Positions 36,931 to 46,092 of a DNA stretch of 64,000 bases are shown piece after piece. Numbering within the stretch: position 1 is the stretch's first letter; every line of letters starts with the position of its first letter. This DNA comes from a virus (taxonomy: Duplodnaviria > Caudoviricetes). Location: positions 192,001 through 256,000 of IMG/VR virus record IMGVR_UViG_3300048854_000081. One strand, written 5' to 3'. The notes beneath the pieces were generated by a model. The model made no database searches and was not told the DNA's origin. It saw only the letters and a program-made list of their open reading frames with translations. The translations under genes were made by a program, and so were the position numbers.

Positions 36931-37638
36931 TCACATGTATTCTATATGCCATCCATATGCTTTACTATTCTGGCCTATTGGTATAGATTTGTTTAAGAAA
37001 TTCATTATGGTGGATATTGGGAGGTTGTTATTCTTGCAAAATTTTATGAATCCACCATGGACTATAAACTCTTCACCATTTGGTGAGATAAATTTTATAG
37101 TTCTAGCTCTTGGGTTCTTTTCGCCAGACTGAAGACCAATTTGAGCCCTTCTATTATTCTCAATTTGTTCTTGAGTTCGTTTTTGTCCTCTAAGTTTTAA
37201 ACTACGCTTTCTTAAGGTTTCCTCCGAGTGTTTGAATCCTAAGTTGACCCCCTTAACACCTTTACGCGGTTTACCCTTTAGTGCTTCAGATATTCTTTTC
37301 TTAGTTTCTTCTGAACGCGTTCTTCCTTTATGAAAGGTTTTTGTTGCTAAAGCATTCTGTTTTCTTATCCATCCAAACCTTTTATTATTCGATCTTTGTC
37401 CTCTTGGACCTATTGACATTGTATGTAAAGCATATTTCAATTTAACATTGTCAGGATAAATTTTTACCAACAGTTGATGCGCAACATAATGTTCTTCAGC
37501 AGTCAATTTAATTATGTTATCGTTGTCATTCGTACCACCTATACATTTGGGTATGATATGATGCTTTTCACTATAACCAATTAGTTCTCTATCTTTCGCT
37601 CTTGCTATTAACTTATCATAATGGTTTTTGTAATTCAT
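36931..37638 (-). mobile_element. HNH homing endonuclease with NUMOD3 repeats (MobE-like)
   Basis: EKHHIIPKCIGG..DNIIKLTAEEHYVAH; SEETKKRIS. Confidence 0.92.
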
Positions 37639-37733
37639 TGCTCTTAATCATTTCATTCTATTTATGATAGGCGATTATTAGTTGACATTTAACTTGTAAA
37701 TTGATAACATCATATAAAATTAAGGAATTATTT

Positions 37734-38048
37734 ATTTGTGTAGCAAGTATGATCGGTGACCATTACAATGGTAAGTTTAATGAGCAATTTCCGGGTTGGG
37801 TAAATGGTATCCCACCACAAATAGGGCAGCAGTTGACTCGTGAAGAATTTAATGCTCAAATGAGCGCTCTTCGCAAGGACATGGAAGAAATGAAGGCTCT
37901 CCTTGCTCGTGCTATTGAGTACGATACTAAGAATAATGAGCCCCATTGTGAAACTGATGAAAAGTACATCCTCTTGAAGTTAATTGCTAAAGCGGTTAAT
38001 ATCGATCTTGATGACATTTTAAAGTCGAAAACAGTTAATAAATCCTGA
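37734..38048 (+). CDS. Hypothetical protein (start uncertain: ATT 37734 or ATG 37749)
   Basis: AAGGA SD 7 nt before ATT; EPHCE motif. Confidence 0.6.
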   Translation: MCVASMIGDHYNGKFNEQFPGWVNGIPPQIGQQLTREEFNAQMSALRKDMEEMKALLARAIEYDTKNNEPHCETDEKYILLKLIAKAVNIDLDDILKSKTVNKS

Positions 38049-38123
38049 ACAAGAATTTATTGTAGGTTGACAATAAGGAAATATATGATATTATTTTCCT
38101 CATTGACTAAATAGTTACACAGC

Positions 38124-38200
38124 GCGCAGGTGGCAGAGTGGTCTAATGCGTTCGGTTGCAACCCGAAATCTCGTCAGTTCGAATCTGACCTTGCGCTCCA
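38124..38200 (+). tRNA. tRNA-Cys(GCA)
   Basis: ttcgg-ttGCAac-ccgaa, TCCA. Confidence 0.92.
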
Positions 38201-38280
38201 ATTTTAAGAGTGACCCGCTACTTTGAAGGTGGACTTGGAAGAGGGTGCCTACGACCTGAGAACTTGAATGTAGGATATAT

Positions 38281-38356
38281 GGGGCATTAGCTCAGTTGGG
38301 AGAGCGCTAGCTTTGCAAGCTTGAGGTCGTCGGTTCGATCCCGACATGCTCCACCA
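38281..38356 (+). tRNA. tRNA-Ala(TGC)
   Basis: Loop ttTGCaa, G3-U70, ACCA. Confidence 0.93.
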
Positions 38357-38402
38357 TTCACGGAAATATTCTGATTCTAAATATTTAAAATAGGATCAGA
38401 AT

Positions 38403-38612
38403 ATGCAACATGTAGTAAATATTGGTAGTCTTACAACTGGTAGTAATAACGAATATCATGTTATTGTGGTAACAGTCGATTATAGTCGAGTAACAATGGA
38501 TGCCGAAACTTACACCAAAAATGTAAGAAAAGAAGTTGAAAAAGCTTTTCCACAGAATAATGTTCTTATTATTGGTAAAGATAGAAGCTCTACAGTTCAA
38601 TCATTTGTTTAA
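38403..38612 (+). CDS. Small hypothetical protein
   Basis: SD and ATG inside a 14-bp hairpin. Confidence 0.6.
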   Translation: MQHVVNIGSLTTGSNNEYHVIVVTVDYSRVTMDAETYTKNVRKEVEKAFPQNNVLIIGKDRSSTVQSFV

Positions 38613-38622
38613 GGATTGAATC

Positions 38623-38907
38623 ATGAGTAAGCATACTTTAAAGATAGAACTGAATTACGAAACGGAAGAACTAGACATTTCGCCTAATAAAGCCTTAGTA
38701 GCTAAGGTAGACGTTTCAAGGTTCCCACCGGTTCTCAGACATCAGTATATGAAGCAGGCAACAGATGCGCTTCGTCAAATGGTCCCAAATCCGGTAATCG
38801 TTGTTACGCATACCACTAATATTGAATCATGGTCTATAGATGATATTAAATTGTTTATGGAATATCTACAAGAACAAATTATTGTGTTAGAAGAACGTTC
38901 TACATAA
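38623..38907 (+). CDS. Small hypothetical protein with portal-like motif
   Basis: VAKVDVSRFPP...QYM. Confidence 0.6.
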   Translation: MSKHTLKIELNYETEELDISPNKALVAKVDVSRFPPVLRHQYMKQATDALRQMVPNPVIVVTHTTNIESWSIDDIKLFMEYLQEQIIVLEERST

Positions 38908-38919
38908 ATAAAGTTTTAA

Positions 38920-38994
38920 GCGGGTGTGAGTCATTGGTTGATTGTCTGCTTGCCATGCAGAATTAAGTGGGTTCGATTCCCACCATCCGCTCCA
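38920..38994 (+). tRNA. tRNA-Gly(GCC)
   Basis: tctgc-ttGCCat-gcaga, TCCA. Confidence 0.85.
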
Positions 38995-39002
38995 ATTTAT
39001 AT

Positions 39003-39078
39003 ACGTCGCTCATCCAATTGGCTAGGATGGCATCCTCCAAAGTTGCTCATGTGGGTTCGAATCCTACGCGGCGTGCCA
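39003..39078 (+). tRNA. tRNA-Trp(CCA)
   Basis: Loop ctCCAaa, GCCA. Confidence 0.85.
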
Positions 39079-39084
39079 AACATT

Positions 39085-39109
39085 AAACCCAGCTTCGGTT
39101 GGGTTTTTT
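39085..39109 (+). terminator. Terminator ending tRNA cluster 5
   Basis: aaacccagc-ttcg-gttgggtttttt. Confidence 0.85.
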
Positions 39110-39161
39110 ATTGTCTTTAATTTGCTAATGTGTTATCCTATTAATTCTCATAGGACTAAAC

Positions 39162-39857
39162 ATGAATCCATATCTCTACAAATTTAAATCTCATGCCAAG
39201 AATAATGTTGGTAGAGATTTTGCTGTGGGTGATATTCATGGATATTATTTTGTCCTTGAAGGACAGCTTGAAGAGCTAGGATTCGATTATGAAAATGATA
39301 GACTCTTTGCACTTGGAGACTTGATTGATCGTGGTCCTGAGTCTAAGAGAGCTATAGAATTTATTAAGAAATCATGGTTCTATGGGATGAAGGGAAATCA
39401 TGAGGCTATGATGTGGGAATACCACATGGGCCATTCTTGGCTGAATTCTTATTCAATACATGGGGGTGATTGGTTCATCGATCTACCACAGGAAGAGCGC
39501 CAGAAATACGTTGATGCACTCACGGAACTTCCTAACATTGTCGAGGTTGAAACGGTCAATGGTCGTATTGGTCTGGTCCACGGCGATTGTCCTGTGGATA
39601 GCTGGGAGGTATTTAAAAAATATCACCCACGTTATGTCCACGATTCCTTGTGGTCATTTAATAGCTATAACCTACTTAAATATGGTGCTGGTAGACCAGT
39701 GATCAGAGATATTGATTATGTAATTCATGGTCATTCCTCTGTCAAAGAACCAGAGAATTATGGTAACCGTTTCTACATTGATACGGGTGCCTTTGCTAAA
39801 CGTTTAGGTATTATTGAAATTAATAATCCATTAGGGATACTTGTTTTACATCCGTAA
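39162..39857 (+). CDS. Ser/Thr protein phosphatase (lambda NinI/PphA family)
   Basis: GDIHG, GDLIDRG, GNHE, HGH, IDTG. Confidence 0.92.
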   Translation: MNPYLYKFKSHAKNNVGRDFAVGDIHGYYFVLEGQLEELGFDYENDRLFALGDLIDRGPESKRAIEFIKKSWFYGMKGNHEAMMWEYHMGHSWLNSYSIHGGDWFIDLPQEERQKYVDALTELPNIVEVETVNGRIGLVHGDCPVDSWEVFKKYHPRYVHDSLWSFNSYNLLKYGAGRPVIRDIDYVIHGHSSVKEPENYGNRFYIDTGAFAKRLGIIEINNPLGILVLHP

Positions 39858-39890
39858 TTATTGTATACTTGGAATACAATAAGGATACCC

Positions 39891-40118
39891 ATGGATAACC
39901 AACATAAACTAATTAAGGGCTATAGAGATTTATCAGCAGAAGAAATCGCCCTGATGAACAAGATCAAGCAAGAGCTTGGCACCAAACTTGAAGAGGTCGT
40001 AAATGAATTACTTGCTTTACCTACTACTGATAAGCGTTGGGTATCTATTGGTAAAACAGATTTGCAGACTGGTCTTATGGCGTTGGTTAGATCGATAGCC
40101 CAGCCTACATCATTCTAA
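39891..40118 (+). CDS. acb2: Anti-CBASS cyclic-nucleotide sponge Acb2
   Basis: [19 protein letters not shown]...[21 protein letters not shown]. Confidence 0.9.
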   Translation: MDNQHKLIKGYRDLSAEEIALMNKIKQELGTKLEEVVNELLALPTTDKRWVSIGKTDLQTGLMALVRSIAQPTSF

Positions 40119-40119
40119 A

Positions 40120-40596
40120 ATGGATGAAATGTCAGAATGGGAATTAAATATATCAGCATCTTTAGCCGCTGAAATCGTAGCTGAAGTTGACAAGGTATTC
40201 AAGAATGAATTGGCCGACATAATGCATAAACAATTAAAATCTGATATGAAAGATATTGGATTCAATCTTCAATCCATTTACGATATGTTTATCCATAAGG
40301 AATTTTACACTCTTAAGTTTGAAATAAGTATTGTGCGTGAAAACCGTGAATATACTATCTATCTTCAGTCATATGATAGAAGACTTAGAATTGAGCACGG
40401 TAAAATTACCTTATCAGAAACAGAGCAATCTGCGGTTGAGGCTAAGGAAATTGTCCAAGAACGTTTTAATATTCTCATTAAAGAAAACCCGGATCAATAT
40501 AAGAAATTGTTCAATGATCTAATGGCTTCAATTGAAAATTCTTCACGACAATCATTAGATGAACTGTTTTACGGTACTGTAAGTTACATGAACTGA
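40120..40596 (+). CDS. Hypothetical protein with capsid-like N-terminal helix
   Basis: LAAEIVAEVD vs MCP ISAEIVQEVD. Confidence 0.65.
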   Translation: MDEMSEWELNISASLAAEIVAEVDKVFKNELADIMHKQLKSDMKDIGFNLQSIYDMFIHKEFYTLKFEISIVRENREYTIYLQSYDRRLRIEHGKITLSETEQSAVEAKEIVQERFNILIKENPDQYKKLFNDLMASIENSSRQSLDELFYGTVSYMN

Positions 40597-40820
40597 CCAA
40601 AATCATCCCACCATCAAACCGCCCTTGTGGCGGTTTTTTGTTGCCTAAAATTTGAGATATCAAAGACTTACAGAAATTTTTCAAAATGGGACCAATTTTT
40701 ATGAATATTTTTTCCTTATAAATCAAGCACTTAGATGGGTGCTGTGATGGAAATGTAAAAAATATTTCAACCCTACTAAATAATATTTGCAAATTTTAAA
40801 TAATTATTTACGGGAGTGCC

Positions 40821-41753
40821 TTGATGGACGAATTATTGAAAAAGCTGATGGAATCGGAAGTTTTGTCCGATGAATCAAAGACCGAACTAACCGAAGCCTT
40901 TCAGGCCAAGATTGCTGAAGCTGTAGAGCTAGCAACCAAGGAAACTGAAGTCAAGGTTCGTGCTGAATTGACCGAACAGTTTGTAGAAGAAAAGCAGGCA
41001 ATTGTAGAAGCCCTAGATACTAAGGCCGAACAGTTCCTACGTACGCATCTTGAAGAACTTCAAGAAGACATTGCTACCTTCCGTGATCTAGAAGCCGATT
41101 TCGCCGCTCGTTTGGTAGAAGAAAAGCAGGCAATTGCTGAAACTGTTAAGCGTGACATGGCCGAACTAATCGACCAGCTAGATGCATTTAATACCCAGTG
41201 CCTAGAAGAAGAATTTGCCGAACTAGAAGACTCCATTAAGGAAGTCAAGCAACTACAGTTCGGTAAGGAAATCTTCGAAGCCGTAGCAAAGACCTTCGAA
41301 TCGAAGTTCACTGATAGCAACGAAACTCTAAACCAGTTGAAGGAAGCTAAGGCTGAACTAGAACAGACGCAGGTAACTCTTGCTGAAGTAAACAAGTCTC
41401 TACACGCTGTGAAGCGTGACCAGAAGTTGAGCGAAGTCCTAGAGCCTCTACAGGGTCTATCTCGCGAAATCATGGAAACCATCTTGAAGACTGCTCCTAC
41501 GGAGAAGTTGGAAGAAACCTATGAGAAGTTCATAGGCCGTGTTCTGCACGATGCAAGTAATAAAAAGTCGGAGAAGGAAAGTGCTCAGGCATCTGTACTA
41601 GCCGAAGGAAATGAAGAAACCGTAGTTACTGAAGGTACCGTTGTTGTTACGGGTGATACCCCAGCAATTAATGAAACTGAAGTAACAGACCGCGCAAAAC
41701 TATCTGAGTCGGTATTAAGCCGCTTGAATAAGCTTGCCGGTATTGATGACTAA
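40821..41753 (+). CDS. Prohead core scaffold (gp22-like)
   Basis: Acidic coiled coil upstream of MCP, FGKEIFEA, KLAGI. Confidence 0.85.
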   Translation: MMDELLKKLMESEVLSDESKTELTEAFQAKIAEAVELATKETEVKVRAELTEQFVEEKQAIVEALDTKAEQFLRTHLEELQEDIATFRDLEADFAARLVEEKQAIAETVKRDMAELIDQLDAFNTQCLEEEFAELEDSIKEVKQLQFGKEIFEAVAKTFESKFTDSNETLNQLKEAKAELEQTQVTLAEVNKSLHAVKRDQKLSEVLEPLQGLSREIMETILKTAPTEKLEETYEKFIGRVLHDASNKKSEKESAQASVLAEGNEETVVTEGTVVVTGDTPAINETEVTDRAKLSESVLSRLNKLAGIDD

Positions 41754-41780
41754 TTTTGGCTAACCACAGGAGATATTGAA

Positions 41781-43184
41781 ATGGCTGAAGACTTAAAACT
41801 ATTGACCGAAAATTGGAGCGAAACAAAGGCCGCTCTAACCCAAGGTCTTCCAAAATCCAAGGTAGGTATCGTCGAGACCGTTCTAGAAAACGCTCGTAAG
41901 AACCTTCTTGAAACTGCAACTCCGGGTGCTATCGGTGCTGGCGACATTGCCAACTTCCGTAAGACTCTACTTCCACTTATCCGTCGTGTGATTCCGGGTA
42001 CAATTGCTACCGAAATCGTTGGTGTTCAGCCAATGTCCGGTCCAGTTGCTCAGATTTTCACCCTTCGTTATAAGTACGAAGAAAACATGGCTCATGATGA
42101 CACCCGTTCGCAGTTCGGTGGTTATGACATCGTAGCTGGTGACGAAATGTTTGGTAATGCCAAGCCTGTCCGTCAGTTCTACTCTGGTAACACAGGCGTA
42201 GCTCAGGCTGCTGGTGCTTCTGGTTTTGCTGCTGCTGGTACAGACGGCACTTCCGAGCCTGCTAACATCACTGGCACTGCCACTGGTGAAGGTTGGGCTT
42301 CTGATCCAAACGTAACACATTACGACACAGGTACCACGCTTTACGGTAACCCAGTCGGTGGTTCGCTATACGGTGGTAACGGTTCGTTCCTAGAAGGTTC
42401 TGGTGGTCGTAAGGCTTCGCTAGAATTGATTTCTCAGGCTATCGAAGCTAAGTCCCGTAAGCTACAGGCTTCATGGACAATCGAAGCTATGCAGGACTTG
42501 AACAGCCAGCATGGTCTAGATATCGAAACCGAAATGACCAAGGGTATCTCGGCTGAAATCGTACAGGAAGTTGACGCTGAAGTTATCAACGACTTGCTAG
42601 CTCTTGCTGGTACAGTTCGCGTATTTGACCTTGCTGCTACATCTGGTACTGCCTATTCGCCAACCTTCATCGGTGACCGTCTAGCTGGTCTAGGTCCAGT
42701 GATCAATGCCGTTGCTAACGAAATCGCTCGTAAGACCCGTCGTGGTGCTGGCAACTTCATCGTTGTCTCCCCAATGATCGTGTCTGCTCTACAGAGCGCT
42801 GCTAAGTCCGTGTTTGCTCCTGCTGTTGAGGGTTCGTTCAAGTCCCCAACTAACACCTACCTAGCTGGTACACTAAACGGTAACATCAAGGTTTACTCCT
42901 ACTTGTGGAATCAGGCTCAGCCGGGTTCTTCGGCTCCTGCCGGTACTGACAAGATTCTTGTCGGTTACAAGGGTGGTAATGGCGAAACTGACGCAGGTTA
43001 CTTCTACTGCCCATACATCCCATTGATGTCAACTGGTACCATCATCAACCCAGTAACAATGCAGCCAGTAGTAAGCTTGATGACTCGCTATGGTAAGGCT
43101 ATCTTCACTGATACCCGCACCTCGCTAGGTAACTCGGCTGACTACTACGGTAAGATCAACGTTGTGAACCTAGACTTCGTTTAA
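41781..43184 (+). CDS. Major capsid protein (gp23-like)
   Basis: GVQPMSGPV.QIF.LR, AKSRKL.A.WT.E..QDL, YCPYIPL, TRYG. Confidence 0.97.
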   Translation: MAEDLKLLTENWSETKAALTQGLPKSKVGIVETVLENARKNLLETATPGAIGAGDIANFRKTLLPLIRRVIPGTIATEIVGVQPMSGPVAQIFTLRYKYEENMAHDDTRSQFGGYDIVAGDEMFGNAKPVRQFYSGNTGVAQAAGASGFAAAGTDGTSEPANITGTATGEGWASDPNVTHYDTGTTLYGNPVGGSLYGGNGSFLEGSGGRKASLELISQAIEAKSRKLQASWTIEAMQDLNSQHGLDIETEMTKGISAEIVQEVDAEVINDLLALAGTVRVFDLAATSGTAYSPTFIGDRLAGLGPVINAVANEIARKTRRGAGNFIVVSPMIVSALQSAAKSVFAPAVEGSFKSPTNTYLAGTLNGNIKVYSYLWNQAQPGSSAPAGTDKILVGYKGGNGETDAGYFYCPYIPLMSTGTIINPVTMQPVVSLMTRYGKAIFTDTRTSLGNSADYYGKINVVNLDFV

Positions 43185-43207
43185 TCGAACCAAGTTGTAC
43201 AGTAACA

Positions 43208-43240
43208 AAAAGAAACCCCGCGAAAGCGGGGTTTTTCTTT
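43208..43240. terminator. Bidirectional terminator
   Basis: aaaccccgc-gaaa-gcggggttttt. Confidence 0.9.
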
Positions 43241-44720
43241 ATACGAGGTATCCATGTTGTTTCAATAGAATATTCATGTTAGCTTTGGGGATCGATGATC
43301 CAAAAGCCCTGTAGAATTTTGTAGATAATAGCATACCATACGCCAAAGAGAAGGTGAAAGGATTGGTGCTGACCGTATTGAAGTATTGATTATAGCGATC
43401 AATCATTCCATTAATCTTATTAAATCCGTCCTTCATTTCCGTAGTAAATGTTTTACATCCGCCTTGGGTTCTGAACCACGTACTCAAATAAACACCTAAA
43501 TATTTGACAATTAAGGTTTCATCGATGTCAGTACTATCGAACGATGCTGCGATAAATTGTGTAGCCCACTGTTTTCGCCTGTAGGTATTGTCTAGTGTAT
43601 CTTTCGATCTGGTGTCAAACCAAACATCATCCACAAAATCATCAGCCATAGGCAATGCCGAAACAGTACCGGGAGTTTGAAGCTGACCAATCGTTCGCTT
43701 GTAAGCTGTCACGGCACTCTTCAATTCCTTGTAGGCAACATTTGTTAAACCACCTGTCTTAACGATTTGTTCGATCTGTGGAAAGGTTGTGGCAAACAAA
43801 GTTTTGTTTTTCAATACATCACTACGGAACTTCTTGTTTGTACCCATCAGCTTAGCAAAAATCTCAGGTGGGAAGTAAGGAACGCATACTTCCATGGTAT
43901 TAGGGTTCTTGAGGATGAGGTCACCGACTGCTGAATAAAAATTAGAATTATTCAGAGCCGTGGTTAGTGCTTCGTAATTCTTGGTATCCATGATTTCCTT
44001 GAATCGAGTAGTATACGAACCACTACGAAGTTGGTCAATCAAGGTTTTGGAAGTGATCGTCTTAGGAAGAACGTCATCGACATCACCGCCCGCATTGACG
44101 AACATGTCTAGGATGTAGTCCAGACGACGCGGAGAAACATGCTTACGATGTTCTAACGGGATGGTGTTCCACCATTCAATAGCAACCTTCGCAGTTGTTG
44201 CACCATACTTCATGCTGAAGAACTGTAAGCTTGGCTTGTTTTCAACATCTACGATGACCTGAAAGCGATCTAGCTGGGCTGGATCAAGCTTCTCGACATC
44301 ATAGACCATAGTCGTGTCATCTTCATCATCTGGATTGATAGCCGCCCAAATAACTTTAAGATTATTGAACTTCTTACCATTGATGGATTTGAACTGAATC
44401 AGTTCCATGACAGCATTGCGCACTTTCTTAGCTGAGCGGTTAAACTCATCAAAGAAGATAGCTTCAACTTCATCATTCTGAAAAGCTTGTGGACGGACTA
44501 GACCAAGGTACTTGTTACCATTCTCATCAGTCATTTCCTTGGGAACACCAATGAAATCAACCCACGGGTCCATCGTCGATGCACTGAAATATAACCATTT
44601 CATCCCATTACGGGTGAATGCCTCTGTGATCATAGCCGTCTTGCCGACGCCATGTCCACCCTTCATTAATACGTTGTAATTGTTCTTTAACCAGAAATCT
44701 AACTTTTGTTCTGTAATCAT
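43239..44720 (-). CDS. MoxR/dynein-like AAA+ ATPase
   Basis: GGHGVGKT, FFDEFNR, AAINP, DPAQLDRF, SPR. Confidence 0.9.
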   Translation of the reverse strand: MITEQKLDFWLKNNYNVLMKGGHGVGKTAMITEAFTRNGMKWLYFSASTMDPWVDFIGVPKEMTDENGNKYLGLVRPQAFQNDEVEAIFFDEFNRSAKKVRNAVMELIQFKSINGKKFNNLKVIWAAINPDDEDDTTMVYDVEKLDPAQLDRFQVIVDVENKPSLQFFSMKYGATTAKVAIEWWNTIPLEHRKHVSPRRLDYILDMFVNAGGDVDDVLPKTITSKTLIDQLRSGSYTTRFKEIMDTKNYEALTTALNNSNFYSAVGDLILKNPNTMEVCVPYFPPEIFAKLMGTNKKFRSDVLKNKTLFATTFPQIEQIVKTGGLTNVAYKELKSAVTAYKRTIGQLQTPGTVSALPMADDFVDDVWFDTRSKDTLDNTYRRKQWATQFIAASFDSTDIDETLIVKYLGVYLSTWFRTQGGCKTFTTEMKDGFNKINGMIDRYNQYFNTVSTNPFTFSLAYGMLLSTKFYRAFGSSIPKANMNILLKQHGYLV

Positions 44721-44789
44721 AGCCCTTCACTTGTTTTATGGTGTGATACAACCTATACTGTAGCACGTCCAAACGAGATAATTCAACCG

Positions 44790-46010
44790 ATGGTTACAGA
44801 AATCAGTACAGAAGAGTACATGGAGTTAACTAACGTACTCAAACATCACCACAACATTTTCTACAAGATGTGGCTACTTGGTAGACCACAATACGACGAC
44901 ACTCTCAAGACTGCTGCGGTTACCTTCGATAGAGAAGGCCATTGTATCCGGTTCTCAGTTAACCCCACGTTTTGGGCTGACAAGACTCTGGTACAGAAGG
45001 CATTCATTATCTCACATGAGTGCCAACATGTCATTCGTGAGCATGGAAGTCGATTCATAAAAGGTAACCATGATGTCGCCAACGTTGCAATGGATATCAC
45101 GATCAATCACGATCTGGTGAAATATTACGAATTCGTTCGTAGCGAAATCGATCCTGAAAGTAACTACTGCTGGATCGATACCATATTCAAAGACCCATCC
45201 AAGGTCTTATCCGATCAATCGTTTGAATACTATTACAATTTACTAATCAACGATCCAGAAAATTCCAATACTGCTAACCTCGTAGATGACCATGAGGGAT
45301 TCGGTGAGCTAAGCCATTCAGATGCCGAGGCAATCGCTGATATCATACAGGACCAATTCTCTCCGGATGAACTGGATGAAGCGCAAAAGATCAAGACGGA
45401 TGCTGGTCATGGTCCGGGTGGTCGTTCTACAATTGTAGATAATAAGCCTCCGGTCATTAAGAAAAAATGGGAGACGGTCGTAAAGAATTGGAGTAAGAAG
45501 TATCTAATTCCTAAGGAAAAGGAAGAGTCGCAATGGGTTCATGCTCATCGCCGTCATTCTCTATTGGATGATGGTCTGTTTCTTCCTTCCGATATGGAAG
45601 TAGACCTTCATGATATTGATAAGACCAAGATCGACGTTCTATTCTTTTTGGATACGTCAGGGTCATGTAGGCATCTAGCACAGCGTTTCTTTACGGCAGC
45701 AAAGTCATTGGACCCAAGGCGATTCGAACTCCATCTGTATTGTTTCGATACAAAGGTTTATCCTACGACATTGGAGTCCAGAAAGCTTTACGGATTCGGT
45801 GGTACATATTTTCATCCTATTGGTTATGTAGTCGAACACATGATTAAGGCAAAGCAACTTAAGGATTATGTGGTCTTCGTTCTAACCGATGGGGATGGAA
45901 GTAACCTAACAATGCGTGATCCGAGCAAGTGGCATTGGTTCCTATCTACAAATTATACGAATTACATTCCGAAGGGATGTAATATCCACAAATTATCTAA
46001 TTACGAATAA
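44790..46010 (+). CDS. Metallopeptidase-like + vWA protein (DUF2201-like)
   Basis: HECQH (HExxH), LDTSGS, GGT, LTDG. Confidence 0.85.
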   Translation: MVTEISTEEYMELTNVLKHHHNIFYKMWLLGRPQYDDTLKTAAVTFDREGHCIRFSVNPTFWADKTLVQKAFIISHECQHVIREHGSRFIKGNHDVANVAMDITINHDLVKYYEFVRSEIDPESNYCWIDTIFKDPSKVLSDQSFEYYYNLLINDPENSNTANLVDDHEGFGELSHSDAEAIADIIQDQFSPDELDEAQKIKTDAGHGPGGRSTIVDNKPPVIKKKWETVVKNWSKKYLIPKEKEESQWVHAHRRHSLLDDGLFLPSDMEVDLHDIDKTKIDVLFFLDTSGSCRHLAQRFFTAAKSLDPRRFELHLYCFDTKVYPTTLESRKLYGFGGTYFHPIGYVVEHMIKAKQLKDYVVFVLTDGDGSNLTMRDPSKWHWFLSTNYTNYIPKGCNIHKLSNYE

Positions 46011-46092
46011 ATAAATACCCTTAAATCTCCTAATTATAAATGCACATTTCATAAATAATATGAAATCAACATTTATCCTTAGGAGATTTTAA

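Noticed and set aside
20496-39109. Similar leader attenuators before tRNA clusters 2-5
   Set aside because: Promoters sit close to the first tRNA; no uORF plus terminator seen.
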